Source: Eledone cirrhosa
Taxonomy: Eukaryota
Length of the DNA: 64,000 bases
Assembly (NCBI GenBank): GCA_964016885.1
Contig: OZ024741.1
Span: 313,410,001 to 313,474,000, forward strand
Direction of reading: 5' to 3'
Positions 28,559 through 42,711 of this stretch are shown here, in pieces. The notes under the pieces are model-generated. The model was not told where the DNA came from, searched no databases, and saw nothing but the letters and a program-made list of their open reading frames with translations. A program made the translations under genes and the position numbers. Every line of letters starts with the position of its first letter. Within the stretch, counting starts at the first letter, position 1.

Positions 28559-29020
28559 TGTATGTTTCAAATATGACTTTTCATGTTAGCAATAAACCCA
28601 GCAGAGAATCCTTATGCGAACACTTGCTCACCACCCCCACTATAATACTCTGTACTTACATGGTCTAACTTATCCTTATTTCTTTATATTTTTCCATTTT
28701 CTTACGTTTTACTGTAACTTTTTTCGTATCTTTTATTTTTTAATTTTAACATCTGTAACCTCTCTAACTATTTATCATATATATTTTATCATTGATGTTA
28801 TTGTTTGATTATACGCTATTTCATTCAATATATCTTGCCTTGAGAGAATTGTTTTTGTATTATGGGGAGTTGGTCAGAGGTAAAGCTTGTAATGGAGATC
28901 GAGTGACGCAACGACGAGCGATTATCGAACTCTAGACTCACCTGATGACTAAACAACTGTCAATGCCTGAAATAAGGACCCTTGTTATACAGTCAACCAT
29001 ATTAACTTCATCCTTTCACT
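28559..29020 (+). mobile_element. PLE family 2 3'/pLTR fragment
   Basis: Reverse complement of ~42712-43035 and direct paralog of ~44985-45395. Confidence 0.7.
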
Positions 29021-29437
29021 ATATACACCCTATATGCCGGTGCAAACTTTGATCCACTGCATATGTCGACCCACCAAATATTGTGGTGTAATTCCTACAC
29101 CGTTTGAGACAGGTATAAAGCAATACCATCTGCCCAGCCGTAGATATGATTGCCGTTAACAAAATGATTTAACTGAAGTGTTGTATTAGTAAACAATATG
29201 CTACCACACCGTGACTTCATAGGCGAAATTTTTAAAAACCTAAATATTCCTTATCCAATGTGTATCATTATTACGTGGCGATATGATTTTACTTTCGACC
29301 TGTTTTGTTTCGCGCGGAAATTACCGGAGATTTTACGATAGTTTACATAATTCAGTGAATCAGTATACCATTCATATTATAACTATGATATTCATGATAA
29401 TATTATAGATATATATGTGTGTATATATGTATGTATG

Positions 29438-29892
29438 TTCTTCTGGTTTTATAATTTCACAAAGTTTTACCAATAGAGAGAGAGTCGGTGTCTAACATAG
29501 ACACAAGACTCTCTCATTGGAATTTACGCAACATCAACAAGGTAGATATGATTGTATGTCTGCATGCTTGCATGTGTAGATATGGATGTTATTGTATGTG
29601 TGGATGTTTTGAGTTGTATGTGTGCATGTGTATATGCTTTGTATCTGTACATGTGTATATGCAGTTATTAGATGCAACATTTTTGGAATGTTTTACATAT
29701 AGTTACTGTTCCATTAATGGATTGTACTTTAAATTTCCTAACTAGTTGTGTTCTTTCTGTTCCTGTGAATCCTAGCTTCTCAAAATTTGTATTGAGTCAG
29801 TTACTAACATATCCCAGTGCCCCAATGATCACAGGCATAAATCTGAAGGTGTAATCAGGGTGGAGTATCTGCAGATTTCTCATCAGTTCTGC
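29438..29892 (-). mobile_element. 3' fragment of an RLE-type (R4/Dong-like) non-LTR retrotransposon
   Basis: Minus strand translates as LMRNLQILHPDYTFRFMPVIIGALGYV..LGF..GTVTICKTF. It is embedded in (TATG)n; a shorter paralog lies at ~48462-48772. Confidence 0.6.
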
Positions 29893-30295
29893 ATGTATGT
29901 ATGTATGTATGTATGTATGTATGTATGTATGTATGTATGTATGTATGTATGTATGTATGTATGTATGTATGTATGTATGTATTTATGTATGTGTGTGTGT
30001 GTATGTATGCATTTATATATATACAGTATATTATATATATTGTAGAATATGGTAATATTTGGAAGGATTATATATATTTTTCTTATAATATTGTTTGTTA
30101 TTTTCATTGCATTTAATTGAACTAAAAATCCAAGTATTTTTAATAGAGGATCGATATAATATTCAATAAATCTACCACTTCATTTGTTTAGCAGAAGACC
30201 ACTTTAATCATGAAATTTAAAATAAAATTCTATCATTGATATATGTATGTAATTAATGATATCTTTAACATTATCATATATATTGATAATTTTAG

Positions 30296-30430
30296 AATGC
30301 CGAGCAGGAAAGTTTGGTTTTGCTTGTAATGGGACCTGCCATTGTATCAACAACACGAACTGTTACAAGCGAAATGTAACATGTTTAGATGTATGTTCTG
30401 CTGGTTATACCGGTTTCAATTGCCAGGAAT
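30296..30430 (+). CDS. EGF-like exon C2 (135 nt; last base T, possibly decaying)
   Basis: tttag|...GAAT|gtatct; [45 protein letters not shown]. Confidence 0.65.
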
Positions 30431-30520
30431 GTATCTTATATAATTGTTACGTAATTATTATACACACGCACATACACATAAACACACCTACACACACACA
30501 AACAGACAGATATACACACA

Positions 30521-30555
<35 letters not shown>

Positions 30556-31078
30556 AATACATTTATATATATACCGTATGTGCCGGTAAAAGTTGATCCG
30601 CTGCATATCTCGACCCATCAAATTTTGTGGTACAAATCACGTTTGGGCCTATATACCCCAGTTTAGACGACACGCCTTGTATAAGGGAATACCTTCTCCC
30701 CAGCCGTAGATATGTTTGCCGTTGTTTATTTGCATACAATAGAAAACAGTAAAATAAACACTAAATAGTTGTAAAATAAAAAGCCTGTGAAGAAAGTACA
30801 ACTTGTAACATTTATGTTTCAGTTACCAAAATTATTTAACTGAACTGTTTTATTACTAAACAATATCCTACCACACAGTGACTTGGTATGCGTTAATTTT
30901 GAAAACCTAAATATTCCTTATCCAATGTGTATCAGATTAGATGGCGATATATATTTACTTTCGTCCTGTTTTGTTTCGTGGGGAAATTATAGTTGTTTTC
31001 CGATAATCTAGATAATTCAGTGAATCAGTATCAAATTAAAATAACTATAATAAAATAACTATAATATTAATACTAATA

Positions 31079-32235
31079 GGAATCGCTTGTGAGGACAATG
31101 CATGCTATGTACAGGGGTGCTGTCAGTAAAGTGATAATAGAAATGAAGTTTAATGAGGAATTCCAGATACATGTAGGTGTACATCAATGTTCGCTCCACA
31201 GCCCAATCTTGTTCATTATAGTCCTCCAAGCCATAACATAGGAGTTTAAGACTGGCTGCCCATGGAAACTTCTCTATGCTGATGATCTGGTTCTTATAGC
31301 AGATTCAGTAGAGGAGCTAGAGAATAAATTCTGGCTATGGAAACAACAGTTTGAATCAAGAGGCCCGAGAGTGAAGATAGCTAAAACAAAAGTGTTCATA
31401 AGTAAAAGAGAGGATAGTGCTCTGATTCCATCAGGGAATTGACCATGTTAGATATATAGGAAAAGAACTGGCATAAATTCCATAAAATGTACGCAATACT
31501 GATCTTGGTGACACAAGAGATGTAGTGAGATAGCAGGAAAACTAGCAGATAGGGAAAACTTCGTATGCAATAGATGTAGAGGGAAAGTTGGCAGTATTAA
31601 TCGCTGTGATAGACTCATTTTTCCAATGCAGGTGGGTTCTATAGAAGTGGTTGATAGCTTCCGGTACCTAGGTGATCAGATACGCTTGGGAGGAGGGAGT
31701 TCCGATTCCATAGTATCTAGAATAAGGACGGGTTGGAAGAAGTTAATGGAGCTGCTTCCTCTGTTGAAAAAGAAGCGTTTCTCCCTGAGTACAAAAGGAC
31801 GGGTATACGATACCTGTGTGAGATGCGAGGATGCTGCATGGTAGTTAGAAATGGACAGCAATTGCTGAAGATATGCGACGGCTGGAGAGAAGTGAAGCAA
31901 GTATGTTCCGTTGGATGTGCAATTTTAATGCGCGTGAACGACCAAACATAGAAGAGTTGAGAAGGAAACTGGGTATAACAGGGATAAGTTGTGGTGTGCA
32001 GGAATGAAAGCTGAGATCGTATGGACATATGATGTGCTAGGAGGATGAGAGCTGGGTGAAGAAGTTCCAGGAAGTCCAAGTGGAGGGAAGACGCAGTAGA
32101 GGTAGACCACGAAAAATTGGGGCGGAGCTGGTGAACCTCACCGAGGAGATGACAAAGGACCGTGAAAAGTGGGAAGATGCTGTGTTGAATAGGACCCGTC
32201 CAACCATTGCAAGCTGGGAGAAGCGGGCGGAAAAA
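31079..32235 (+). mobile_element. RTE family 2 fragment after exon C2
   Basis: Paralog of 17688-18765 (YADDL, FRYLG). Confidence 0.85.
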
Positions 32236-32585
32236 TGATAATTTTAATCATTATTACGTGGCGTAATGATAATTTTATAGATATGTATGTTTGCATGTGT
32301 GTATGTATGCATTTATATATATAAAATATATTATATATATATATATATATATAATTATATACATATATATGCGTGTGTGCGTGTGGGTGTGTCTGTTTTT
32401 ATTTACATGTAAGAATGTCTCAAACACATATCGTAGTAACTGGTAGAATATGATAATATTTGGAACGATTACATATCATTTTTTTTATTCTTATAATACT
32501 GTTTGTTTCTTTCATAATCTGTTTAACATTGCATTTAACTGAACTAAAAATCCATGTATGTTTTATAGAGAATCGTTATAGAGAA

Positions 32586-33186
32586 TCTATATATATATAA
32601 AACTGAGGATGTCTGTCTGTGTGTCTGTGTCTGTGAGTTTTTTGAAAATTTACATCTGCTTTACGTATGTTTCAGGTAATGTTATGCACATAAAATTCAA
32701 CTTTTCTTATCCCCTAGGACCCGCATTAGGTGAAAAAGTGCGTTTTATATCAGATTTTAGGGTTATTTTTAGGGGTTATGTCAGACCGATTTTCTTGAAA
32801 TTGTAACTATGTATTAGTCAGTCTCTTCTTCATACCGGGAGCAAAGACAATCCAACTTTTTTATTGCCTAGGGTCCGCATTAGCGGAGAACTTATTTTGG
32901 TCAGCTTTTTAGGGCCTTTTTGAAGCGTACGTCTAGCCGAATTTCTCGAAATTTCAATGCATATTATGCACATAAAAACAATTCATTTTCTTGATCCCCT
33001 AGGGCCCACATTAGGTGAAAAACCTGCATACTTTCTGCTTCATCATGGAAAATCTTAAAGATTATCCAGCCATCAGAGTATTCGGTTTATTTTCTTTACA
33101 TATTGTCCGGGCATGTAGTTTTTCCACTGTTGGCGGCCCGCGTTAGAAAATACCTTATCCCTTGCAACGCCGGGTACCACTGCTAG
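32586..33186 (+). mobile_element. Non-autonomous Helitron (family 1), copy 3
   Basis: a|TCTATATAT ... gcaacgccgggtaccactgCTAG|t. Confidence 0.85.
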
Positions 33187-33322
33187 TATTCAATAAATAT
33201 ACACGTTCATTTCTTTATCATAAGACCACATCAATCGTAACATTTTGTCTAAACTTGTATCATTGATATCTGTATGTAATTAATGATATATGCAACATTA
33301 TCGCATATAGTGATATTTTTAG

Positions 33323-33457
33323 AATGCCGAGCAGGAACGTTAGGTGTTGCTTGTAATGGGACATGCCATTGTATCAACAGCATAAACTGTGACAAGCGAA
33401 ATGGAACAGGTTCAGATGGATGTTCTGCAGGTTATACTGTTGTGAATTGCCAAGAAG
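33323..33457 (+). pseudogene. EGF-like exon A3 (dead)
   Basis: Donor AT and Cys6->Gly; [45 protein letters not shown]. Confidence 0.83.
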
Positions 33458-33591
33458 ATATCCCATGAAATTGTTACGTACTTACTACACACACACACAC
33501 GCACACACTTACACACAAGCACATACCCTCTCCCCACATAAATATATACACACATATATATATTTCTATATATATATATATTAATATATAT

Positions 33592-35960
33592 AGTTATACT
33601 TGAAGAGGGTCATATTGTTGTAATAACTTTGCCAGAAATAATAACAGAACAAACTAAATCGTTATCAATCAATGTATATCATTGACTGACGAACGGTCAA
33701 ACATACAGATATAAATACATATAGAGATTACATGAAACAAAGTTCTGTTTAAATCATTTATCTGCTTACAATTGTTTCTTCCAAACCGAGGTTTGGGGTC
33801 TTTGGAGCAATTATTCAGTGATTTGTATCATACTTGACCTCCTTTTCAACACAAGAGACATATAGAAACATATGTATATATTGACATATGTATATATTGA
33901 TACGATATAAATACATATATATAGTCTAAACAGTTCTTTCGTTGCATATCTGCAACATCATCAGTGGTACTATTATGTATTCCTCCTATTGTATTGCAAG
34001 TCTACGCCATTTTTATGTTATCTGTATATTTATTTTATTTTATTTATATTTGTCTTCGTCCAAGCGCATGCGTTTGCGTGTGTGTATAGTGTTTGGTGTG
34101 TGTGTTCGCGTTTGGGTGACTGTGTTTTGGTTATTGTATTCTATCTTAGTTTATTAGTGTGTCTTTATATGTGTTTCTTGTTATTGTGCTTGTGTATATA
34201 TTCATTTATGTATTCATTTATTTATTTATATTTCTCTTAAGTCAGTATTGTTTGTTTGGGTGTTGTTATTCCATTCATTTTTTCTGTTTAGCTTTGTCTT
34301 TTTAAACTCTGTCTTGCTTGCCTCTTTGATTTGCCTACTTGCTGGCTCTATTCTATGTTTAGATATTATTTTAATTTCTATGTTGTCTATGTTACCGTCA
34401 TGTTGTTGTCTAGCATGTTCATATAGTACTGAACGTTTTCTTTGTTCTTTTATTTTCCATCAATGTTGGTCAATACATTATCCTATGCATCGAGCTGTCT
34501 CGCCTATGTATAGTGTTGTCATGTTTCTGCAGGTAGACTCTGTACATCTTAAGCTATAGACTACATTTCTGGTTTCACAGTTTAACTGGTGGTTTACTTT
34601 ACACATAGCACATTTCTTATTAGTACAGTGGGTTTTCTTAAATGGCTTGTTTTGCTGATCAGGGATTTCATGGTAGTTCCTGGTTTTTCTAACACTTTTA
34701 TCTTTAAGTGGCTAATTTCCCTCCAGGGGTATCGCCTACGAACATTACACTCTGGTATCTCTGGTTGTGGTACCATGAGGTGGCTTTACCTATCTTTGGT
34801 TTCTTATACATCTTAGTGGTTCCTTTGTATATTTTGATTCTGTCTCTGGTTGTAGCCAGAGAAATGCATGCATTTTATGAATTGTCTTTACATTTATGTC
34901 CGGTCGCACATGCGGGACACCTTCTTCATCACTCGTACCATGTCTGCGATCAGAATATTAAACTTAGCACTACTGCTGAGATTTTGAGTAACAGGTATTT
35001 AGAGGCCATGGGTTTAGCGTAGTGTGAGTGGGGAATTTGGGCCCTCACATATATAGTGTCAATCCAGAGTCCCGTTTCTAATAAAGGTAGTCTATTATTA
35101 GGCTGATTGGAAGTGTATTCAATAGTTACATTTATACTCTGGTGTATGGAGTTAGCTATCTGCTGGTTTCTTTCCATTGTGCTATATTCTAATTTATATT
35201 CGTTAGTACTCTCTTGTGGCGGTGTCCTTATCACTATATTAATATTGTCTACGTAACGGGAGTACATGATGAGGTCTATGGAACTCTCTTCAAGGAAATA
35301 TTTGAGTCTCATTTCCAACCAAACCAAAAAGATATCGGCAACATCACCAGCTATGCTGATCCAAATGTCTGCTGCCTCGTTTTGGGTGTAGATCTTTACG
35401 TTGAATTTGAATATATAGCTCTTTAGGGTAGTTTAATAGTAGCCCCCATTGCATGTGCAACCATTTTTCTTACCTGTTCATTGTTTTTGATTGTTGGTAT
35501 GGATTTAGTCCCCCCAAATCACCCTCCCATGGGTTTTATTTTGCCATTGAGGTTATGGTGGGTGGTCTACTTCTTATGGGTCTAATAGTGCAGAAACGAC
35601 TAAGAACACGGCTGTCTAGGTACTCGGTGTCATAGGTAAGTCTAGATAGGACGCCCAGTTCATCTGGGGATATCTTGATTAAGGAGCGTATAACCACTGA
35701 GAGGAACTAGGAGATCCTTTAGTTGAGAGCGATATTGACTCCGCATACAAGTCTTGTTGGTGGTCCTGTCGTCGGGTCGTCGAGTATCTTATGGTCTTTG
35801 CAGAGCACATACAAGGGTGGTATCTCATTGTTAGACGCGTGGATGTTCTTAGCAGTGGGTCTGCTTGGTATTAGGATGTCGGTCTTCATCATTATATGAG
35901 CGTTGACGATCTCCTCTCACCCCTCATGTGTTTGTTGTGTAATTTCGCCAGCGATATATT
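33592..35960 (-). mobile_element. PLE family 3 subfamily fragment after exon A3
   Basis: YSRYVDNI and HYAKPMAS; paralogous position. Confidence 0.85.
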
Positions 35961-36813
35961 TCTCTGTATGTGTGAGTGTGTGTATGTGTGCGTGTGTTTA
36001 TTTCAACATAAAAATGTCGCAAATACATTCATAGTAACTGATAAAATATGGTGTAAATTTGAAGGTTTATATATGTTGTTTCTTATGATATTGTTTGTTT
36101 CATTCATTATGTTATATGTATATATATATATATTATATGTATATATATGTATGTATGTATGTGTGTGTGTATGTATGTATGTGTGTGTGTATGTGTGTAT
36201 GTATGCATTTATATAAATATATATACAGTAAATATTATATATATGTAAAAGGTAAACAGAAATAACAAGAAAATCGGTACAGTATATGGAAGGGATATAT
36301 TAGGTTAACGTTTGATATAGCACGAATATGGTCTCAGCATTTTGGACACTAGTCCTTCACTAGAAGAAAGAATGAGAAATAAAATAGATTGAGGGGACGG
36401 TTGGGTTGGAATTGGAAGAATTGTCCAAAGATAAAAATAACAGGTTCTTTTAAATTGACATCTCTTGCAGTGTGTGTGCGTATGTGTGTGCGTGTATGTT
36501 TATTTAAATGTAAGAATGTCGCAATTATATATCGTGGTAACTGGTAGAATATGGTAAGATTTGCTAGGATTATATATGTTGTTTTTTATTAATATTGTTT
36601 ATTTCTTTCATAATGTGTTTTAACCTTGCATTTAACTGAACTACAAATCCATGTATATTGTATAGAGGGTCGATATAATATTCAATAAATATATAAGTTC
36701 ATATGTTTATCACAAGAACAATATAATCTGAAATTTTTTATGAAATTGTATCATTGATATCTGTACGTAATTAATGATATCTTCAACATTATCATATATA
36801 TTGATAGTTTTAG

Positions 36814-36948
36814 AATGCCCAGCAGGAACGTTTGGTGTTGATTGTAAAGGGACTTGCCATTGTATCAACAATATTAACTGTGACCAGCGAAATGGAACAT
36901 GTTTAGATGGATGTTCTGCAGGTTATATTGGTGTCAATTGCCAAGAAG
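36814..36948 (+). CDS. EGF-like exon B3 (135 nt, phase 1-1)
   Basis: ttttag|...GAAG|gtatat; [45 protein letters not shown]. Confidence 0.85.
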
Positions 36949-37142
36949 GTATATCATAAAATTGTTACGTACTTACTATACACACACACACACCCACGCA
37001 CGCACACGCGCGCACACACACACATATATATTCATATATATTCATTTATACATAACACATTTATATATAAATCGTATATGCCGGTTTAAAAGTTGATCCG
37101 CTGAAGATGTCGATGATTACTGTACACACACACACACACACC

Positions 37143-37243
<101 letters not shown>

Positions 37244-38025
37244 TTATATATATACCGCATATGCCGATTTAAATGTTGATCCGCTGCATAGATCGACCCA
37301 TCAAATTGTGTGGTGTAATTCAGGTCGATACCTATATACGCCGGTTGAGACGACACCCCAGGTATAAGGCATTGCCATCTCCCCAGCCGTAGATATGTTT
37401 GCCGTTGTTTATTTGCACAAAATATAAGATACGGAAATAAACACTAAATAGTTATAATATAAAAATGCATCTGAGGAAAATACAATGTGTAAAATTTATT
37501 TTTCATTTAACAAAAAGATTAAACTGAACAGTTTTATTAGTAAACAACATGCTACTACACTGTCACTTGATATGCGATTATTTAAAAAACCTAAATATTC
37601 CTTATCAAATGTGTATCAGCATTACATGGCGATATATTTTTATTTCGACATGTTTTGTCTCGTGGGGAAATTACAGCAGATTTTCCGACAGTTTAGTTAA
37701 TTCAGTGTATCAGTATACCATTAATGTTATTGTTGTATGGACTGGGAATCGAACTCATAACCTCATTGTTGTATGAACTGTTAAATTTCTATTCAATTTA
37801 CACGTGCTCACACATTTGTATATGAATCACGTGACCTGGGCAGTCAGTCAGCGTTGATATTAAAAACTCGGTCACAGACTGCTACTTACTTACTTTATGT
37901 TATTCTGCTACTGCGAGGAGGGGCGTTTTGGTTGTTTCGCAAATTACACAAATTATTTGATATAACTCGTTGTGTTTTCTCTGCGAGTACCGAGAGGATT
38001 ACAACAGAGTTTATTGGCGTCGACA

Positions 38026-38113
38026 ATAGGATTTACCTACATTGCCGATAGGATTTACCTACATTGCCGATAGGATTTACCTACTTTGCCGATAGGATTT
38101 ACCTACATTGCCG
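38026..38113 (+). repeat. 4 x 22-bp tandem repeat in the Gypsy 5' leader
   Basis: Unit ataggatttacctacattgccg, four copies. Confidence 0.95.
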
Positions 38114-38135
38114 GGAAATTGTTTATCACAAAAAC

Positions 38136-41100
38136 ATGGCGGAACAACAAACAGCGGAGCTAATAAAGTTGTTTAGAGAACAGATGGAACAACAAATGCA
38201 ACAACACAAGAAAGATATGGACACTCTGATAAAACTGTTTGGTGCTCGAGATTCTGAACAACAGAGTTTATTGGCGTCGCCAGTTGCTTCGACACCAACA
38301 GCATTCATCCCACCATTTGCTGCTTTTGATTCAACAACAGAACTATAGCCTGATTACTGGTCAAGATTCTGCACGTTTGTGGCTGCTAGCGCTGTACTCG
38401 AGCAACGCATGGCACAAGTGTTCCTGACTAATCAGACGGCTGCTATCTACAAACGACTTGCAAATCTGGCTGCTCAACAAAATCCGCCTAAGAATATCAA
38501 CAAGTTGACAATGGACGAAATTGTTGACTTCATGAAAGAACAGTTCGACCCCAAAATGTTCATTGTGAGAGAACGTTTCAAGTTCTGGAGTGACATGCAA
38601 CGGAAGACAGGCGAAACTCTCCAAGAGCTGACAGCACGTATACGTCAGGATGCAACTACCTATGATTTTCCTTCGATCACAAATCCACAAGATGAAGCTC
38701 TAAGACAGAGATTTATATGTTCTGTCAATAATGAAGCTGTGTTGAAGGCTATTTTCAAGATCAAGAATACAGAACTAGATTTCGCCCGTGCTGTCCAAGT
38801 TGCCATCGGGACCGAAGACGCAGCAAAGGTTGCCAAGGAAACTGTTTACGGTTCCAAAACCAAGCAAGTCTACAAGGTCCAGCAGAACAAGAACAAGGGT
38901 CCTCGAAAGAACTATCAGCAGTCTTATTCCACATACCATGAGATGTGCTACCGATGTGGAAAGGCCCACAAAGCGACTGACTGCCCCTTCAAAGAAGCCA
39001 AATTTCATTTTTGTGACAAAAGTGACATTTGCAAGCGGTGTGTAGAAAGAAACAACATCAGCAACGTAATCATCGCTCACAGAATTACGTGAAAAGAATC
39101 ACGAAAGCTGAGCTAGTCAAGGCGATACTTGGTGAAGTTCCCCACGATATTCATAGTTTGAATGTGCCAATAACAATCCAGAACAGACTTTCCACAATGG
39201 AATTGGACACAGCTACTACAGGCAATTTTGTTTCCTTGTCAGTTTGGAAAGAATTAGGAAAGCCGAAGCTGCAAGATGTCAAACATCGGTTTGAATCTGC
39301 CAGCAAGCACGACCTGCCCGTTCTGGGAACTTTCATGGGCCAAACCAAGGATCCAACGACTGGTAAACGGAATTCAATACCCTACATCGTCACTAAGATC
39401 CCTGATCTTAATTTGCTGGGACGAAACGCTATCCAGACTCTGGGAATTTCCGTGGACAATGCTCTAGGATTGATAAGCATAGACAGCCAGGCCAAGAGTG
39501 AGGGTGCAGAAGTGATGCATCCAAAGACCTCAAATGAGACCTATATTTCCATGCAACGAGATGTCACATGTGTGATGAATTCCCAGATCTCTTCACAAAA
39601 ATTGGGATGTCTTAATGACTTCGAACTGGAAGTGAAGTTCAAGTCGGACGCGACACCGGTCTTTCACAAGGCACGCCCGGTTCCGTTTGCTCTTTGTGAT
39701 GACCTGGCCAAAGGTTACGAAGAAGGCATCGCCAAAGGAATCTGGAAGCCAATACAGTTCAACGAATACGGAACGCTAGTGGTACCGATTCGTAAAGCAC
39801 ATACTTCAGGCAATCTGAAGCCCAAAATACGGATTTGTGGTGACTACTCTGTGGGAATTAATGACCAACTTGCAGATCATCGTCATCCAATGCCACTCCG
39901 AGAGGAACTGATGCAGAAGCTCGGAGGTGGATTCGGATACACAAAGATTGATCTTGCTGATGCTTATAAGCATATAAAGCTGGCTCCAGAAAGTCAACGC
40001 AGGCTTGCACTCAGCACACACCGTGGGGTGCTCCTGCAGGAACAACTCCCTTTCGGAAACAAGTGAGCACCTGGTTACTTTCAGGAGATCATGGAAAACC
40101 TGACTCAAGATCTACCTGGTGTGGCCGTCTTCCAGGACGACATGCTCGTCAGTGGGAAAGATGCAAACGATCACCTGAACAACCTAAAGTGTCTGCTCAC
40201 ACGTCTGTGCGACAAATGACTCAGATGTCGCCGTGACAAGTGCCAGTTTGCACTACCCAGTGTGGAATACCTTGGACACACTTTGTCGGCTGAAGGGATC
40301 GCGAAGGGATCCAAGGTCGAAGCAGTTTTAGAGATGCCACCTCCAACGAACGTTTCAAGCTTGAAGTCTTTCCTGGGTTCAGTTCAGTTCTATGGAAAGT
40401 TTATCCCAAACCTGGCCAGCATGGCAGAGCCACTATATTGCCTTACGAAAAATACGACTACTTAGAAGTGGGGAGAAGAAGAATAGTCAGCTTTCGATCA
40501 GTTGAAAAATGTGTTTTCATCGGATCGAGTTCTGATACACTTCGATCCAAACAAAACTTTGGGACTGGCTTGTGACGCGTCAAACGTTGGTATTGGAGCA
40601 GTCCTGTTTCATCGCTATCCTGATGGAAGCGAGCGCCCAATATCCAATGTGTCCAAGACTCTTACTTCTGCACAGCGTAACTACGGCCAAATTCAAAAGG
40701 AAGCCCTGGCCATCATATTTGGCTTGCAGAAGTTCTATCAGTATCTGTACGGACATCAGTTTATACTCGTAACTGACCACAAGCCACTGACATCACTGTT
40801 CAGTCCGAGGAAAGGGACGCCACTTCTCCCTGCTAACCGACTAGCACGGTGGTTCCTGTGGCTGAACCAGTTTGACTACACCATCGAATATCGGAAAACA
40901 GCGGATCATGGCAATGCAGATGCCCTCAGTCGCTTGCCATTTGGTAATGACATCGACTTTGACAGGAAGGAAAATGGTGAAGACATGGACATGGTGTGCG
41001 CCATCAAAGCTCTGTCTTCAAGTCCAACCTATCGATTCTAACGTCCTCCGTCAAGAGTCAGGGAAAGATCCAGTGATATCTACAGTGATACGCTACGTCC

Positions 41101-42371
41101 GTGAAGGCTGGCCACTAAAGAATACTGAGATCAATGACGAAGTCAATAAGTTCCGGAAGTTATCGGATTCACTCAGTATCTGCCACGGATGCCTTATCCA
41201 TGGATCGAGAGTTGTGATACTACATAGCTTACAGCCAAATATCCTCAATCTTCTGCATCTCGGACACTTTGGCATGGAGCGCATGAAACAATTGGCAAGA
41301 ACTGCTGTTTATTGGCCTGGTATCGATGCTGCTATAGAGAAAACCAGTCGACAATGTGATTCGTGTGGTGAACATCAAAACCAGCCATCCAAGTCTCCAG
41401 TTCACCAATTGATGTTACCTGAAAAGCCATAGAGCCGCTTACACCTGGACCACGCAATAAATTTCATGGGCAGTAATTGGTTGGTGATCACGGATGCTTA
41501 TTCCAAGTATCCATGCATTCATCCTACCTCATCCACGTCCTCCAGAGACACTTTAGATCTGCTTGAAGAAGACTTTGCGCACTTCGGATTTCCTCACACG
41601 CTAGTCACCGATAACGCACCAACTTTTATTTCTGAGGAGTTCCAGAGCTGGTGCAAAGAACGTGGGATCACGCATTTGACAGGGGCACCTTACCACCCGG
41701 CTACCAACGGAGCAGCGGAAAGTTTGGTGCAGACCTTCAAACAAGCTCTCAGAAAGATTTCTCTTCCGCCGAAGCGAGCACTTCAAGAGTTGTTGATGCA
41801 CTACCGGAGAACACCGACATCCAGTGGATTCTCTCCGAGTGAACTTTTGAATCACCGGCAGATACGGACAAGGATTGATTATCTGCTGCCCTCACCAGCA
41901 CACATCGCTCAAGGCAAGCAGTCTAAGGAAGCATATAAGTCTCAGATGACTCCGGACTCGGCAGGTGTCGCTAAGGTTACCAGGCAGTACAAGGCTGGAG
42001 ATCCTGTGTATGCACTGTACTTCGGACCTCGCCGAGACAAAGATCCCCGATGGGTACCAGCAATCATTAAGAAGTCATTGGGTACTCACTGCTTCAACGT
42101 TAAGGTCATACCTCATGGCCCGGTGTGGAGACGACACTGGGAACAGCTGCAACCGCGGTACACTACTGAGGAAGACAATGAAGCTGGTGGTGATGCAGTA
42201 GACACTGTTTTTGAATTTGCAACAGATCACCCAATGGAGATCTCGGAAATCGTGCCACTAACTCCAAGACAGACCAGACCCAAGACCTTGTTGCCCGTTC
42301 CAGAATATGGACCAGAAAATCGAAGACGGTGCAGGAGAACCCGTAAATCCCCAGAGATACTTTGCTGTTGA
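38136..42371 (+). pseudogene. Gypsy gag-pol (gag with Zn knuckle, protease, RT, RNase H, integrase), interrupted
   Basis: CYRCGKAH..C; LDTA; RICGDY, FQDDML; LACDASNVGIGAVL; HLGHFG..CDSC, DAYSKYP, DNAPTF. Several stops and frameshifts. Confidence 0.92.
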
Positions 42372-42711
42372 TGCTTCTTTTGTCGCATCAATTTCGGTGG
42401 GGAGGTGTTGTATGGACTGGGAATCGAACTCACAACCTCATTGTTGTATGGACTGTTACATTTCTATTCAATTTACACGTGCTCACACATTTGCATATGA
42501 ATCACGTGACCTGGGCCGTCAGTCAGCGTTGGTATTAAAAACTCGGTCACAGACCGCTACTTACTTACTTTATGTTATTCTGCTACTGCGAGGAGGGGCG
42601 TTCTGGTTGTTTTGTAAATTACACAAATTATTTGATATAACTCGTTGTGTTTTCTCTGCGAGTACCGAGAGGAATACACCAGTTATAACTATGATATTCA
42701 TAATAATATTA

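Larger units (their letters stand above)
37731..42681 (+). mobile_element. Full-length Ty3/Gypsy LTR retrotransposon
   Basis: 276-bp LTRs (37731-38006 and 42406-42681, TG..CA) with 12 differences by hand count. 5-bp TSD GTTAT (37726-30 / 42682-86) and PPT ggtggggagg. Confidence 0.96.

Noticed and set aside
28936-28985. CTGATGA...GAAA in the PLE family 2 terminal repeat as a hammerhead
   Set aside because: No convincing stem I or II, and the paralog at ~45311 reads CTGATCA.
38026-38113. CRISPR-like repeats
   Set aside because: The repeats are contiguous with no spacers, lie in an LTR-element leader, and the DNA is eukaryotic.
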